Source of the DNA: Podarcis bocagei
Lineage: Eukaryota
Assembly (NCBI GenBank): GCA_964188305.1
Contig: OZ076897.1
Length of the DNA: 64,000 nt
Direction: 5' to 3' (one strand)
Shown here: piece after piece, positions 26,260 through 39,992 of the stretch
Position numbering within the stretch: the stretch's first letter is position 1
Layout of the letters: every line of letters starts with the position of its first letter
Notes under the pieces: generated by a model
Seen by the model: the letters and a program-made list of their open reading frames with translations, nothing else
The model's database searches: none
Told to the model about the DNA's origin: nothing
Position numbers and translations under genes: made by a program

Positions 26260-26612
26260 CTCTTCCGATGTCCCTGTGCTTAGGAGCCAGGGAAGTGGCC
26301 AATTGCTAAAAAGGCCTTCTCTGTGATGGCACCAAAATTATCAAACTTCCTCTTCAAATGTGTTTTCTGAGCAACATCGTTATCTTTCAAGAAAAACCCA
26401 TCCCAATCTCTTGTTTGTGTTCTTAATGACGTTTTAATGGCAGTTGAGATCCTCTTAATTTCTTTTTACTGCTGTTATCTGATATCTTCGTTTTTACTTG
26501 CCAGTTATGCTGCTTTAGTTTCCATTATATTTTACTGCAGTATATTGAGTTTTTTCTTATTGTAGTCAACTTTAAGGGCAGTGTGTGTGTTGCAAATTAT
26601 ATAAATAAATAA
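26260..26612 (+). mobile_element. Old L2 LINE 3' end
   Basis: aggccttctctgtgatggcacc motif, T-rich 3'UTR, ataaataaataa tail. Confidence 0.55.
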
Positions 26613-26788
26613 TATAGAGCTGTAAACTGCTTTGAGATTTTTCTAAAAAATATAAGAAAAATGTAGAAATGAAATAATAATAACTGCAGAATATTTAAAT
26701 TTTCTGTCAAAAGCAATACATGAATATGGGTTCTATCAGGCATATACTACATATTTTCTTCAGTAGTGCATTCTAAGTCCATACCATG

Positions 26789-26917
26789 NNNNNNNNNNNN
26801 NNNNNNNNNNNNNNNNNNNNNNNNNNNNNNNNNNNNNNNNNNNNNNNNNNNNNNNNNNNNNNNNNNNNNNNNNNNNNNNNNNNNNNNNNNNNNNNNNNNN
26901 NNNNNNNNNNNNNNNNN
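26789..26917. other. Assembly gap (129 N)
   Basis: Run of n in ICA1 last intron, ending 47 nt before the final exon. Confidence 1.
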
Positions 26918-26924
26918 ATCTTAA

Positions 26925-27086
<162 letters not shown>

Positions 27087-27208
27087 GTTGTCTGCCTGTG
27101 GTAACTCTCACTTCACCATTCAAAAATGCATTTCTTGGGGCTTTAGAAGAGTTTAAAACCAGATCAGTTTACTGTTGTACGACTTACTTCTCACTTCTGT
27201 GCCATTCT

Positions 27209-27214
27209 AATAAA
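27209..27214 (+). terminator. ICA1 proximal poly(A) signal candidate
   Basis: AATAAA about 120 nt after the stop. Confidence 0.4.
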
Positions 27215-27411
27215 ATCAAGGGATTGACCTAACCCCTTTCTATAGGTAACAGTTATTTGCTCTTGTTTTGTACAAAGAGTTTGCAACTTCTTTTTTTGTA
27301 TGTGAATGTACCAAACGAAGTTTTGATTTAGAGAAGACTACTGAATAGATTAGTGTACTTGCTGTAACTTGGCAGGCAGAGTGCCACAGCTAACTCGAGT
27401 GAAATATAAAT

Positions 27412-27417
27412 AATAAA
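27412..27417 (+). terminator. ICA1 probable main poly(A) signal
   Basis: AATAAA preceded by several TGTA motifs and followed by U/GU-rich sequence (tctttttctttgtgt). Confidence 0.6.
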
Positions 27418-27975
27418 CCTATTTTTTATATCTTTTTCTTTGTGTAAATCAAAACAAAATCATGTAACTGGAGACTGCATGACCCAGTGGTATATTCGAT
27501 ACTACCATTTAGAAAGTAGTATATAACATACTGCTGTGATGTTAATTTATAATTTCTTTTGTTAGTATCCATAGTGAAAAATCTATACTCTGGGGCTAAT
27601 TATTAGAGAATTATATTTGAGTATCTATGAATCTACTGTGCTCATTCTCTAATTTTAAATTATTAGGCAAATGGCATTGTATAAGTCCAAGCCGACTGCC
27701 CAAACTACATCCTCCAGGCATGTTCAGTTGTACCAGCAGTTTCGGCAATTGGAGACCAGGTGGTATTGACTTTGCCAACATGTGTATTTACAGTAATCAT
27801 GGTTTCCATACAAAGCACTTTTCATCAAAGCTGGTTTCATACACACATGTTCTGTCGCAACACTCTCCTTTAATAAAGATGGTTTTGACAAAAAGAAAAA
27901 GTGTAGCTGAACCTTTGTCATAGGGAATGGGAACAATTCAATGGATGCAATCATGATTTAATAATAAATTATTGT

Positions 27976-28285
27976 TGTTGTTATTGTTATTTATTTAATT
28001 TATATTCCACCCATCTGACTGGGTTGCCCAAGCCATTCTGGGTGGTTCCCTGCAAAATAATAAAAACACAATAAAACCTCAGATGTTAAAACCTTACCGG
28101 TATAGGGCTGCCTTCAGATGCCTTTTAAAAAGTCATTTGGTTGCTTGTTTGAAATCTGATGAGGGGGCCTTCCACAGCACAGGTGTGACTACTGAAAAGG
28201 CCCTCTGCCTGGTTCCCTGTAACTTCTTACAGTGAGGGAACTGCCAGAAGGCCCTCGCAGCTGGACCTCAGTGTCTGGGCTGATC
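27976..28285 (-). mobile_element. L2 LINE 3' end
   Basis: ttatttattt tail, ccacccatctg...ggggccttccacag...gaaaaggccctctgcctggttccc typical of reversed squamate L2 ends. Confidence 0.75.
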
Positions 28286-29841
28286 AGAAGATATCGTTCA
28301 CTGCCTTCAAAAAATAAAATCAGGTGAGAATTCTGAGGTAATAGAGCAGACCAACAGATCACAGGTGGGAATAATCTTTTTGAATGCTCCCCCTGCTTTT
28401 TAATAATAATAATAATCCTGTTAGACTTCTCCCAACTTTTCTATATCAACTATTTTAGTTTCCGTCCAGTTAGTTTTCATATATGGAAGCCTCAGAAACA
28501 TGATTACTTGCTGAAATGTTACAGTCCGTTCTGCCACCTCTCCTTCCACCTCATTCTGCTTCATGTGCAGATCCAGTCTACTTAAGAAAAGCACATTTAT
28601 TTTGCCAGACATTTACTTTGACACTGTTTCCATGCAAGCTTAAACTCATGATGCAGGATTTCTGAATTTGAAACTGATAGAAACCTTCCTTCAGGTACCT
28701 GGATATTCAGAGTGCCCTAAAACAGCATAAAAGGCTTATTGAGAAGAACACACACACACCCCTGGCTTATGATAGGCTTTCCTGGATTAGGCTAATGCAA
28801 CAAAGGTAGAAGAAGTTCTGCACATACCTGTGAAGTTTTGAACCTTGGCCTCCTGAAGTAGATCACATGTTCGAGGCTCATAGGAACACACATTCTTTTG
28901 GGTGTACTTGTTTAAAGTGTAATTTGTGGAATGGTCCTTTGTCGTCATCACTTTAACTAAATCTGATGTCTAAAGTGCTTCTGACAATCGCTTCTTAATA
29001 CTCTTCATGTTGTTTGTCCTTATTGGGATGGAGGAGGGGGGAGAAAAATCCCAGTGCAAGCTAGCATCTCACATCGCTTGAATTTATATTTCATATTGTT
29101 GAAGCCCCGTAAGACGGTGACTCAGAGTCTCATATAATTATATGTTTAAAGGCAAAGCTAAATTTTGCTGGAGGCAGCTGGTGGTCTTATCAACAATGGA
29201 TTGTGCATTCCAAAATATATTGAGGATTCTTCTGCATTTCCATGTACTGTTTACAGTGCACTAAAAATCTCTGGAGCTGTTATTTTGGTCCCAATCTATG
29301 TTAGATCTACAGCCAAACAAACGAACTGAAGCTGTAACTTTGCCAGCTTATAGAGGTAGAATTTTTTTTTGGGGGGGTGCTAATAATGTGAATAGATTGC
29401 AGTGGCTTTCAAGCAAGCTAATACGCTACTGTGTCAGACTTAATTAGAGCTGTTTTTAGGTCACAGATCATAGACATCTGAGCTGCAAATGGCTCCCACT
29501 CAATCAGGGTATTGTGCAGAGAGTACTGCACAAGTGTAACAAAGGTCTGCGTTGCCACCAATTCACATCACACTTCAGATACAATAGCTGAACTGACACA
29601 TGATTTGAGACAGAAAAGCTGGAACTGTATTTGCAGCAATTCAACCTCCCTTCAGATATATGTGTTATGACTGACAACCAATAAAAACCTGTGTTGTTTA
29701 ATGCAAAGAGTGCATTGTCCTTTAGTGTTGCATAGTATATATTTTTGTATTTTGCTTTAAACAATGGAAGTTATAGTAATGAGAGTCTAAAAATGGAACT
29801 TGGCAACCAGACTCCTATCTTTGAGTTCCCAGACACATATA

Positions 29842-30094
29842 CAGTGGTGCCCCGCAAGACGAATGCCTCGCAAGACGAAAAACTCGCTAGACGAAAGGGT
29901 TTTTCGGTTTTGCGTTGCTTTGCTAGACGAATTTCCCTATGGGCTTGCTTCGCAAGATGAAAACGTCTTGCGCTTTTTTCTTAAAGCCGCTTGAAGAGGC
30001 GCAGTTGCAACGGACCATGCTTCGCAAAACGAAAAACATCGCAAGACGAAAAGACTCGCGGAACGAATTATTTTCGTCTTGCGAGGCACCACTG
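29842..30094. mobile_element. Tc1/mariner (Tigger-like) MITE
   Basis: 22-bp TIR CAGTGGTGCCYCGCAAGACGAA (21/22), TA TSD, CpG-rich, internal GCAAGACGAA repeats. Confidence 0.93.
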
Positions 30095-30664
30095 TAATTC
30101 ATAGTATCTTGTAATTAAAAAACTATATATTACATGGAACTAAAAGTCATAGTATGTAGAATACTTTTATAGGATTTTGCTATGCTGGCCATATGCAGTC
30201 TCTATTATATAACAGAGCAAAGCTGTTAATCATTCTGTTAACAATTAGAAGTCCGTTATCGGACCAGCTTAAGGATTCCTTTTGATTTGCAGATACTGCC
30301 CCATAGTTGCATATTTTATTATTTTAAGTAGCATATTTTTAAATGCTGCAGAAAGTTTATGATGGGGTGGGAGGTGAAGCAGCGATGATTGATTTGCTGT
30401 CCTCAGAACGTTTATTTTTAAAAAACCCTAATGATTTCAGCTAGCATGAATTTCTGCTAAGTTAAGAGAGGCTGCCTTTAGGGACCTCGGATGGAGTCGT
30501 TGAGAGAACAGATTGAGTAATTTTTATGGACTCTTATCTAAATCTGCCTAAATAATCCTTTAAGTATAACAGGAGCAGAAACATTATGGGCCAGTCAGTC
30601 GTTTTCCAAAGAGTGTGTAAAGCAAGTAAGAAGTGACACGACAGAATTTTTTAGAAGTTATGCA

Positions 30665-31025
30665 TGGCATGAAGTGGAAAAGTTTATGTTGGAAGTTTCA
30701 GGGCAGATAAAAGAAAGTGCTGCTTCTTGCAGTGCATAGTTTAACGATGGAACTCAGTCCCAAAGCAGGCAGTGATGGCCACCAATTTAGATGGCTTTAA
30801 AAGAGGAGTGGACAAATTTGTGGAGGATAAGGCTATCTGTCAATGGTTACTAGCCATCATAGTTATGCTTATCTCCACAGTCCAAGGCAATATGCTTCTG
30901 AATATCAGTTGCTAGAAACCCCAGATGAGGAGAGTGCTGTTGCGCCCGAGTCCTGCTTGTGTGTTTCCCACAAGTATCTGGGTGGCTGGATTAGATGGGC
31001 AGGAGTCGTCTTATGTTTTTATGTT
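30665..31025 (+). mobile_element. Old CR1 LINE 3' end
   Basis: gatggctttaaaagaggagtggacaaatttgtggaggataaggctatc and CR1-like 3'UTR ending cttatgtttttatgtt. Confidence 0.75.
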
Positions 31026-32654
31026 AAAAGGTAAGTGCAGGCCCCAAAGTAAGCTCCTAACAAGATTTATTCTACCTTGCCTTTCAACTTGGGGCCAGTT
31101 TCATCCCCGCTCAGCATCTCCAGTTAAACCGACTCAGGTAACAGGTATGTCTCTTCCTGAGACCCTAGAAAGTGCTTGCCCAACAGTCTTCGACTAGAAC
31201 AGACCGAGAGTCTGAAGTGAAGAAATGTTGTTCTGTTCCAAATGCAGCTTACAACAAAGCAGTAAAATAATAAACTAACAAACTGATTTTTAAAATGCAA
31301 TCAAACATCAATAGCAGCAAATGGGTTTTACAAAAATTATGGCAAGCATTTGTGTGTGTCGGCAAATATCTCTCTCTGCAGGGAGAAAAAGGGCTGGGGA
31401 TTTGTGTGTTGCTGCAGGTCTTAATAAGACAGACTTTCAGTTGATCTTGGAAAATACATGTATGAACCAACCCTTGGAGAGGTTCAGTCGGTCTTTTGTT
31501 TGCGCATGCACGCGTACGTACATCCTGGAAGTCTACACCGGCATAAATCCTCTTCTGTCAGAAATTGTGTGCTTGCCATCCAGTGAACTCACAGCCAATG
31601 TGAATTTTTCACTAAGGGCTCCCTGGCTCCCTGTTTATTTTCTTCGCCACTAAGCTCTTTTGCAGCTGCCACTGTTTTGGAAATGGCTGCAGGCAGCGTG
31701 TAACCCATTTCACACAGACGCAATTCTATACACAAGGGGGCTCGTGTATTCCTGCTTTTAAAAGGGGACTAGTCTGAAAGCCAACTTGAGAGCAAAAAAT
31801 ATGATGCTTAAGTATGCAGGAATTGATGAGGTAGGTGGGACTGGAACTAGCAGTCCTTCCACAGGATCTTAATGACAGATCATGGCTGAAAATAGGGAGC
31901 AATTTGCCATATTTGTTATGGAACCATGTCTTGAGACCAATCAGTGCTGCCTGAATATTCTGCACTCCCTGTTCCACAGTGCATTAGTGAGTCAAGATGT
32001 CATCTAGGTAATGCTACAGAAACATTCATTGCAACCTCACAAGTGCCACCATGGTTACTAAACCTTAGTGTACACCCTAGTCCTGATGCAAGTTCTATCA
32101 AGAACACTTCGTACTAATGATTACGAGAGCTGTACCCACATCTCAAGTCAACTGGGCACATGGAGATACGTAGAAATGCTTCTGCACAGAAAGTTGGATG
32201 CCAGGAAACCCTGCAGATAGCCAGTCTCCTGGCCTGCACAAGGAGGTTAATGTGAAGAACTGAAAATGGCCTCTGAAGGATAACAGGCTATGTATCATTA
32301 CTCTGCAAAATAAAATTCTGGAGGAGAGCTTAGGCAGTTGCTTTCTCTTTGCAGTCTCTTCTGGAGGTGTAAACACACAGCCAAGGAAAATGCAACACAG
32401 AAGCATAATTGGAGTTTAATGTAGGTGGGGTGAGTATTCTTCCCCTTTCTCTTCAAACAAAAGCATTTCCTCTGGCATGGAAATATATTTCCTGAATTAC
32501 TTTTTCTATTGATATTCTATTGATATTCTTCCTTCGCGAGTTGTTGATGCTTAAAAAATAAAAAGAATCAAATTTAGAATTCCAGTATTATGTTGGCCAC
32601 TGGAAATGTGTTCCAAAGCATTATTATAGAGGTCATGTTTCCTCCTGTATACTA

Positions 32655-32905
32655 GAATTCAGGGTCATTCAGTGAAGCTGAATGTTGGAAGATTCAGGAA
32701 AGACAAGAGAACATACTTCTTCACAAAGGACCTACTTAACTGGTTTGCTCCCACACGATGTACTGATGACCGCCAAGAAAAAAAAGGATTAGACTCATTC
32801 ATGGCAGCTAAGGCTAAGTTGTAATTCCACTGTGAGTCAATTTCTGGGAACTACAGGTGAGGAGAGGGCACTTGCACTCAGGCTGGTTGGCACCATGAGA
32901 ACAAG
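32655..32905 (+). mobile_element. Old CR1 LINE 3' fragment
   Basis: ggtcattcagtgaagctgaatgttggaagattcagga...ggattagactcattcatgg. Confidence 0.65.
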
Positions 32906-33069
32906 ATGGGTGATACCCAACTAAGACATACTCCAAATCAGATACATGGAATCCATGTATACATTTAAGATAATCTTGGTTAACTCAAGTCCATATATTT
33001 CAATGGGACTGATCAGAGTATGACTTAGGTCACATCCACACCATTTAAAGCACCATTATACCACTTTAA

Positions 33070-33431
33070 GGGACGCGGGTGGCGCTGTGGGCTAAAGCCT
33101 CAGCGCCTAGGGCTTGCCGATCGAAAGGTCGGCGGTTCGAATCCCCGCGGCGGGGTGCGCTCCCGCTGCTCGGTCCCAGCGCCTGCCAACCTAGCAGTTC
33201 GAAAGCACCCCCGGGTGCAAGTAGATAAATAGGTACCGCTTACCAGCGGGAAGGTAAACGGCGTTCCGTGTGCTGCGCTGGCTCGCCAGATGCAGCTTTG
33301 TCACGCTGGCCACGTGACCCGGAAGTGTCTCCGGACAGCGCTGGCCCCCGGCCAATAGATGTGAGATGGGCGCACAAACCCCAGAGTCTGTCAAGACTGG
33401 CCCGTTCGGGCAGGGGTACCTTTACTTTACC
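33070..33431 (+). mobile_element. Full-length Sauria SINE (Squam1), young
   Basis: GGGACGCGGGTGGCGCTGTGG A box, GGTTCGAATCC B box, ACCTTT-type tail; 13-bp TSD TATACCACTTTAA at 33057-33069 and 33432-33444; CpGs largely intact. Confidence 0.95.
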
Positions 33432-34387
33432 TATACCACTTTAAACAGTCATAACTTCCAGAGAATAATGGGAATTGAAGGGTGCCAATCGGCTGGAGCT
33501 GATGGAAAAGACACAGCTGGTTTACACAAAGACAAAAACAGATTGTAGCTTACCTTGTCTGAGGTTTGCTTGGCTCCATCCCTTGCCATCTTCTGTGGTT
33601 TGGTGAAGATTGTTTCTGGTGCCTTGCTAGGCAGATGTTTTCTGTGATAAAACTTTTACCACAGCTCATTTCTTTGACATTGTGACGAAGTCCGTTCTTT
33701 ACTTAGAGTGTTACTTTAATTGCTGTAAGCTGCCATGAGGTATGCATAGGTGTTAAATTCTCAAATAAAGAGATTGCTCTCTTGGATGAGCCAAGCTTAA
33801 CTGCTTAACTGAGCTGCTCAGTTTCCAGGCCAATTTTTTTTGGAGGTGGGGGTGATTTTGATGGGACACTGGGACAGATGATGGGATAAGTGGCCATAGT
33901 GTGCTGCAAGCTTTTCGTTCTGCCCTCTCACTGTTGTCTCCCTGCAACGATTTCCCCTCTTCTATCACTTTCAAGAGCCAGTTCAAGGTGAAGTTTCAAA
34001 TCACTCGATTTATTATTTATGCTCTGTTTAGAGCGGCTCAACATGGGCATACACTAAACAAAGGGGCATATTTTTAAAAGCACACAACTTAAAACAACCA
34101 TTTAAAAAATGAGAGCAGTCACCCAAAAGGCAATGAAAGGCAACACTAAAAATGAGGGGTTTGTTTTTTTTTAAAAAAAAAAATTATGGTGAAAGGAGTT
34201 CTAAAGGCAAGGTTGACAGGGTGTTTCTTCCAGTACAGTATTCCAAAGGCATGAGACCACCACTAAGAAATCTTATGCTCTCACGATCACTATTTAACAG
34301 GTGAAGAGGACGGTAGAGAGCATCTCCAAAGTTTATCTTAAAACTTGGACTGGCCACTATGGAACAATTCTTAATGATGTCCGATTC

Positions 34388-34556
34388 CAGTGCTTCTTAA
34401 CCCTTTTTCTCTATGTTTCTCTATGGGCCACTTGAAAATTGCCAAGAGTCTTGCCAAAACACCAAATTGGTTTTTCTGTTGGTTGTGCTAGATGCTGCAT
34501 GATTTTATTTTCACAGACACAGCACAGGCCACCTGAATAAAGCTTTGGAAACACCA
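34388..34556. mobile_element. Decayed hAT (Charlie/MER5-like) MITE
   Basis: cagtgcttcttaacc...ggccacttgaaaattgc, homologous to the reverse end of 53173-53482. Confidence 0.55.
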
Positions 34557-34765
34557 TCCTAGACTATTTAAAGCAGGGGAGGGGGAACCTCAGGTCTGGG
34601 GTTGAATGTGGGCCCCCAGCAGCCCTGTTTATCTGGTCCTCTAGACTCTCCCCAAGCCAAACCCCTCAGTATCCCTGCTCCGCACCTGGAACGTTTCTTC
34701 CGGGATGGAATGTGTTCTTGAACTCCGATAATGCCTTTTGCTTGTCTGGATGGGGAACACAGACG

Positions 34766-34766
<1 letters not shown>

Positions 34767-34797
<31 letters not shown>
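34767..34797. repeat. (CA)n microsatellite
   Basis: About 15 AC units. Confidence 0.95.
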
Positions 34798-34800
<3 letters not shown>

Positions 34801-34824
34801 GCCTAATGCACAAAGGTAAAATTT

Positions 34825-34998
34825 CATAGAACCCTAGTTGGAAGTGATTAGAGAAACAACTAGTCCAACCCCCTGCAATGCAGGAATCTCAACTAGACCA
34901 ACACATGACAGATGGCCACCCAATCTGCTTAGAAACCTCCAATGAAGGAGTCCACCACCTTCCGAGGGAGCCTCTTCCACTGGCAAACAGCTCTTACC
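34825..34998 (-). mobile_element. CR1 LINE 3' end
   Basis: catagaa...gttggaag...tagtccaaccccctgcaatgcagga...acctccaatgaaggag...ttccactggcaaacagctcttac. Confidence 0.8.
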
Positions 34999-36847
34999 TC
35001 CACCCACTTTCACCACTGGCTCCACCCACCACTGGCATGCAACCCTCATGGACTGAAAAAAGTTCCCCATCCCCGATTTAGTTTCAAAAAGCGAAACCAG
35101 CACCTTAAACTACACAGAGACAGGCAGCCAACTAAGTTGAGAAAGACAGTTATACATGCTGATCAGAGCACGCAAGTCAAGCCTAGCTGCTGTAATTTGG
35201 ATTCCTTAGGAAGGAATTATCTCCCATGGGTGCACCGAGTGCTCTTGGGCTGCCTTCCAACTACCGCAAGGGAGGTCTCACATTGAAAGCTCACAATTGT
35301 CATTTCCTCCACGTTCAATCCTACCCTATCTTAAGGCCCCCTTTGGGGAAGGGATAGTAGGTTTCCGCCCTCTTCACTTTCCAGATGTGAAGGTGATTGT
35401 CCTTCCCTAATAATTTATTTTTTTCTCAGCTTCTCTAGGATCCTTAAGTTGGGGTGGGGAATTGTTTATGGCCAAAGCTCTGCCTGGCTAGGCAAGTCCA
35501 ACTCTGCTACCAGAAGAGGACCTTTCCTATTAAAACAAGCGTGAAAGCCGAGAAGATTGGCTACATCTATAGCGTGATAATGCACCCTTCACCTGCCTTA
35601 TTTGCTACTGTTCACTCAGACATTATTGCTCTCAGGTGCATGCGGGGAAGATGGGAAGTCACACACCATTGTGTTAACTAGGTCGCAGGCCTTTCCCCAC
35701 CCCTTCTTATTTATTGCAGTCACATTCACAAGTCCAACCCCACAGCTGCTGAGATGGAACAGGTAATGCAAAGCAAGCACTATAATGAGATACAAGTTGC
35801 ACCCAGAATTGCACCAAAGAGCAAAATACAATGCAGACACAGCCATGGATTAATCAAAATGATTATATTGCCATTGCAGCATGTTACTGGGATATTTATA
35901 AATATAATAGGCAAGTTAGAGAACTATCCACTTCAAACGCAAACTAAAATGCACTCATAGTAGGAACACAAGTACAAGAAAATGTTACTGATTTGTTTTC
36001 TCAAATTTATGGTGTTTGGGTCACTAAGTGAAGTGTTGTGTTCAAATGAGCCAATACTAAAAGCTTACTGGAAAACATGTCACAATGTTAAGCAGAGTTT
36101 TAAAGGGTGCTGAAGCGCATGATGACACTTTCCCACGTATATAAAAGCTGTTGCACTGGGGGAAATGTGCTTTGCTGAAAAATGATAACCAAACTAGGTT
36201 ATGTTCTTTGGCTTCTCCTAAACAGTAGAGGTTTTTGGAATCTTTAATATGTTAGAAGACATTTGGAATAGTCCATTTTGATATGCCATTCCAGTCCTGA
36301 GACTGAAGAGAACAAGTTGCGAAAAAACAGTGAGCCAGTTCCCTGCTATTTGTTAAAGTCATGAGAAATGAAATCTACATCATCATAACAAGATGAATGG
36401 CCTATGAAGAAGGGAATGTTTTCTAAATTATTTAGTCAGGTTGGCACTAACCTTATTCCACTATGTACAGTGGAATGCAGTTTTTGCACCATGTTACAGT
36501 GGAAATAAATGATTAAGCGTGCAACATAGCAATAGTTCAGCTACAATAAGCTACCATTTCGATTCAATGATTGATTAATATTGCACTTTACAACCACCTT
36601 TTCTGCAGATATATGCAAGCAGAGAATCCCACCTCTCAACTAGTTTCTCTTCTTCCTGCTGCAGTTTCCTTATGGAAAGGGGAGTTTTAACACAAGGCAG
36701 CACTTTTTGTGATCCCTCAACCCTCGGTTCTGGAAAAGTTCAAGACTACAGCTGGTGCTTTTTCTGAATGTTCAGCTTCTAGACAGCTTTCAAAAGACAG
36801 ACAACACACTACATTTTACAGGTTGTAGGGTGTTTTTTTCTAATAAT

Positions 36848-36853
36848 TTTATT
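36848..36853 (-). terminator. GLCCI1 poly(A) signal
   Basis: AATAAA on minus (tttatt on plus), with GU-rich downstream element (tgtagtgtgttgt on minus) near 36800. Confidence 0.65.
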
Positions 36854-38143
36854 TAAATAAGACACAGGGACGTCTATACTGAAAAAATACAAAACAAAAG
36901 CCACACATTTCCTTGTGTAAAGCAATATTGTGTGGTAATTCAAATACTGTTCAGCACAGTGGCTAGAAATAACAGTACAACTATGTACAAAACTCTTGAA
37001 ACAATATTTGACAAATTTCTACAGCTGAATGTAGGATATATTGGAGATCAACAACTGCTGGGAAATTTACATAGCAAAGCATTAGGTTTTAAACACATTT
37101 GATTCAGAACCTTCCAATATGCCAAGGGCAAATGTGTGTGACAATTAATATTTAGTTTCTCGTGAGAAAACAGAACAAGTAATATCACTGTAAATATTGT
37201 TCACCAGAGTTCATTCTTGATCTAAAAAGTCACCTGATAGTTTCTCATAAAACCCTATAACATCAAGAACCGTGACAATGTAGTTATATTTGGAAAAAAG
37301 AGAGAGGGTGAGAAGGTAGATGTACTGTCATATTCAACTTTAATGTAAAACTTCAAAGAACACACATTTAGGTCACAAGAAACTGGATGCTTTTTCCCTT
37401 ACCCTTTATTAACATACAAACTATATAGTGCTTCCACCAAGGCCTGAGATTAGCAAGATTAAAGATACAGCCTGTTGCTGTATTAAAAAAAAATACTGTG
37501 AAAACAAAAGACAAACAGATCTTTTAAGCTTTCCACTCTCCGCCTGCTCCTACAGTCAGTCACACAGCAACTGAAAAAGAGGCTGTCAGTCCAACTTCCT
37601 AACAGGTTATTACCAAACTCTTTGGTGATGATAGGAAGGAAACTGGGCTTCATCTTGCAACAACATACATGTGCTGTATATTTCATTGCTTTTCTTAGGT
37701 ACTTTTCACTGAGGCCTTTATTATTATTCCCCAAATTTCTTCCACAAAAGAAGCAGCGGAGAGAGTATAAATGCTGCAGCAGCTGCAGTCTTAATCTTTT
37801 CAGTTCCTGAAGAGGGGCAAAGTAGGCTTTCTTAGGAACAGGCTTGCATAAAGGTACTTCCACTGAACTGAAAGCACAGAGCTAAGAATATTGAGTGGGT
37901 CTCTTGCCTTTGGGGTCCCTCTTTGTATTGCAGGTTCATTCTCTCTGAAAGCAGCACTCGCACAGTTCCAGGGCTACTGTAATGTAACACTACTGGAGGC
38001 TTCTAAGCTATGCAGCATCTGGAAAGACAAGCAACTGCACTGCCTGCCCAACTTCAAACTGCAATAAATTTACCTGCCAATGGGCCTAAACCAGAGGGTA
38101 CTAAGAAAGGCTTCGATTAGATACATGACTTAAAAACTATTGC

Positions 38144-38144
38144 T

Positions 38145-38191
<47 letters not shown>
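38144..38191. repeat. (TTTC)n microsatellite within GLCCI1 3'UTR
   Basis: About 11-12 TTTC units. Confidence 0.95.
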
Positions 38192-38192
<1 letters not shown>

Positions 38193-39485
38193 TTTTGTTT
38201 TTGTTTTTTTTCTACAAAACCTCATAGCCGCTTTAAGAGATTTTTTTTTAAAGTTCAGATGCAAAATACCCCCTGTACAAATAAAACAAAGTTCACCGAT
38301 CATTGCTTGTCAAAAACCCGAGATAAATTTTTTTTTTTTTTTTGCAACCAGCATGTGAATGGAACATTTCCTCCAAAAGAGAAACTAAACATTAATTAAG
38401 ACTCCTAAAATGGTAACAGTAGCATTTCACGTCCTTATAACTTGCCAATGCAAACGCGTGAGGAAATTCCCACCCACCCCCTCTGAAACCTGTGGGGAGG
38501 GGGGAATGAATTTGCTGAAATTAAACGAAAACATTCTTGCCTTAGAGCCTCTCTCTCACACACACGTCATGGAATGTTTCTTATGTGCAGCCTAAAACTG
38601 AACACTTTATTCACAACAGCTTAACAGTCATTAACTGTGCAAACACCTGAAACTTTAAAATGCCACAATTTACACGCTGAAACGATGGCAAATGCAACAG
38701 TTTTTTGTTTTACTTGTAACCACATGACAATGTGATGCAGCACACCACAGATTTGCTGGTTCTCCTCATGTTCACCCACGTCCAGGGTTCATATCCCCCT
38801 AGATCTGAATGCACTTTTTCCAAGAAAGTGGAATGTAATGAGGAAATATTAATGCATAAAATAAGGAAAGGCAGAAGAGTGATGATCCCTCTTTAGCTTT
38901 TTAGCTGTAAAATATTTTATATCCCAATATGATATACATTCCAAGTTACCTGAGTTTAGACTTCGAGAGAAGTACCTGAAGCTAGGCCATATAGGGTGGG
39001 GACACTGTGCAACTGTTGTGGCCATTTTTTTTTTTTTTTTGCATTGTATGTATTACAGAAGTTCAAAACATAAATACCTGGATAAATTGTAAACATAATC
39101 CTGAAGTACAGTATTTTCCATAGAATACAACACAGCAAGACATTTTCTATTTAGACAGGCAACCTTTGTTTGATATAGAGCTTATTTATACTGTAGAATT
39201 TGAAACAGAACACAGGACAAAGTACTAATCTGGTCAAACATTCTATGAAATGCATAGTCTCCACTTAAAATGCTTAATGATACACAGATTCTGCAAGCAT
39301 TCTGCCCCCCCCCCCGCAAACTCACACACAAACACAAAAATGCTGAATGCATTTTTGTCCCTGCCAAGAACAGTGCTGAAATGCAGAAAGATGCTGATAA
39401 GTAGCTTTGTTTTGTTCCAGAAAAGTGCCACTCATGCAGTTGAGTTTTAGACCGTCCCTCTGCCTTTGCTCATCTAGATTATCAT

Positions 39486-39992
<507 letters not shown>

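Larger units (their letters stand above)
36830..39485 (-). other. GLCCI1: GLCCI1 3'UTR (~2.65 kb)
   Basis: No recognisable transposon between stop and AATAAA; AU-rich with PUM and miRNA seed motifs; 3' end approximate. Confidence 0.65.

Noticed and set aside
29842-30094. CRISPR-like reiterated short repeats
   Set aside because: Irregular spacing, both orientations, bounded by TIRs and TA TSD in a vertebrate genome; it is a MITE.
33070-33150. tRNA-like A/B boxes
   Set aside because: Head of a Sauria SINE, not a tRNA gene.
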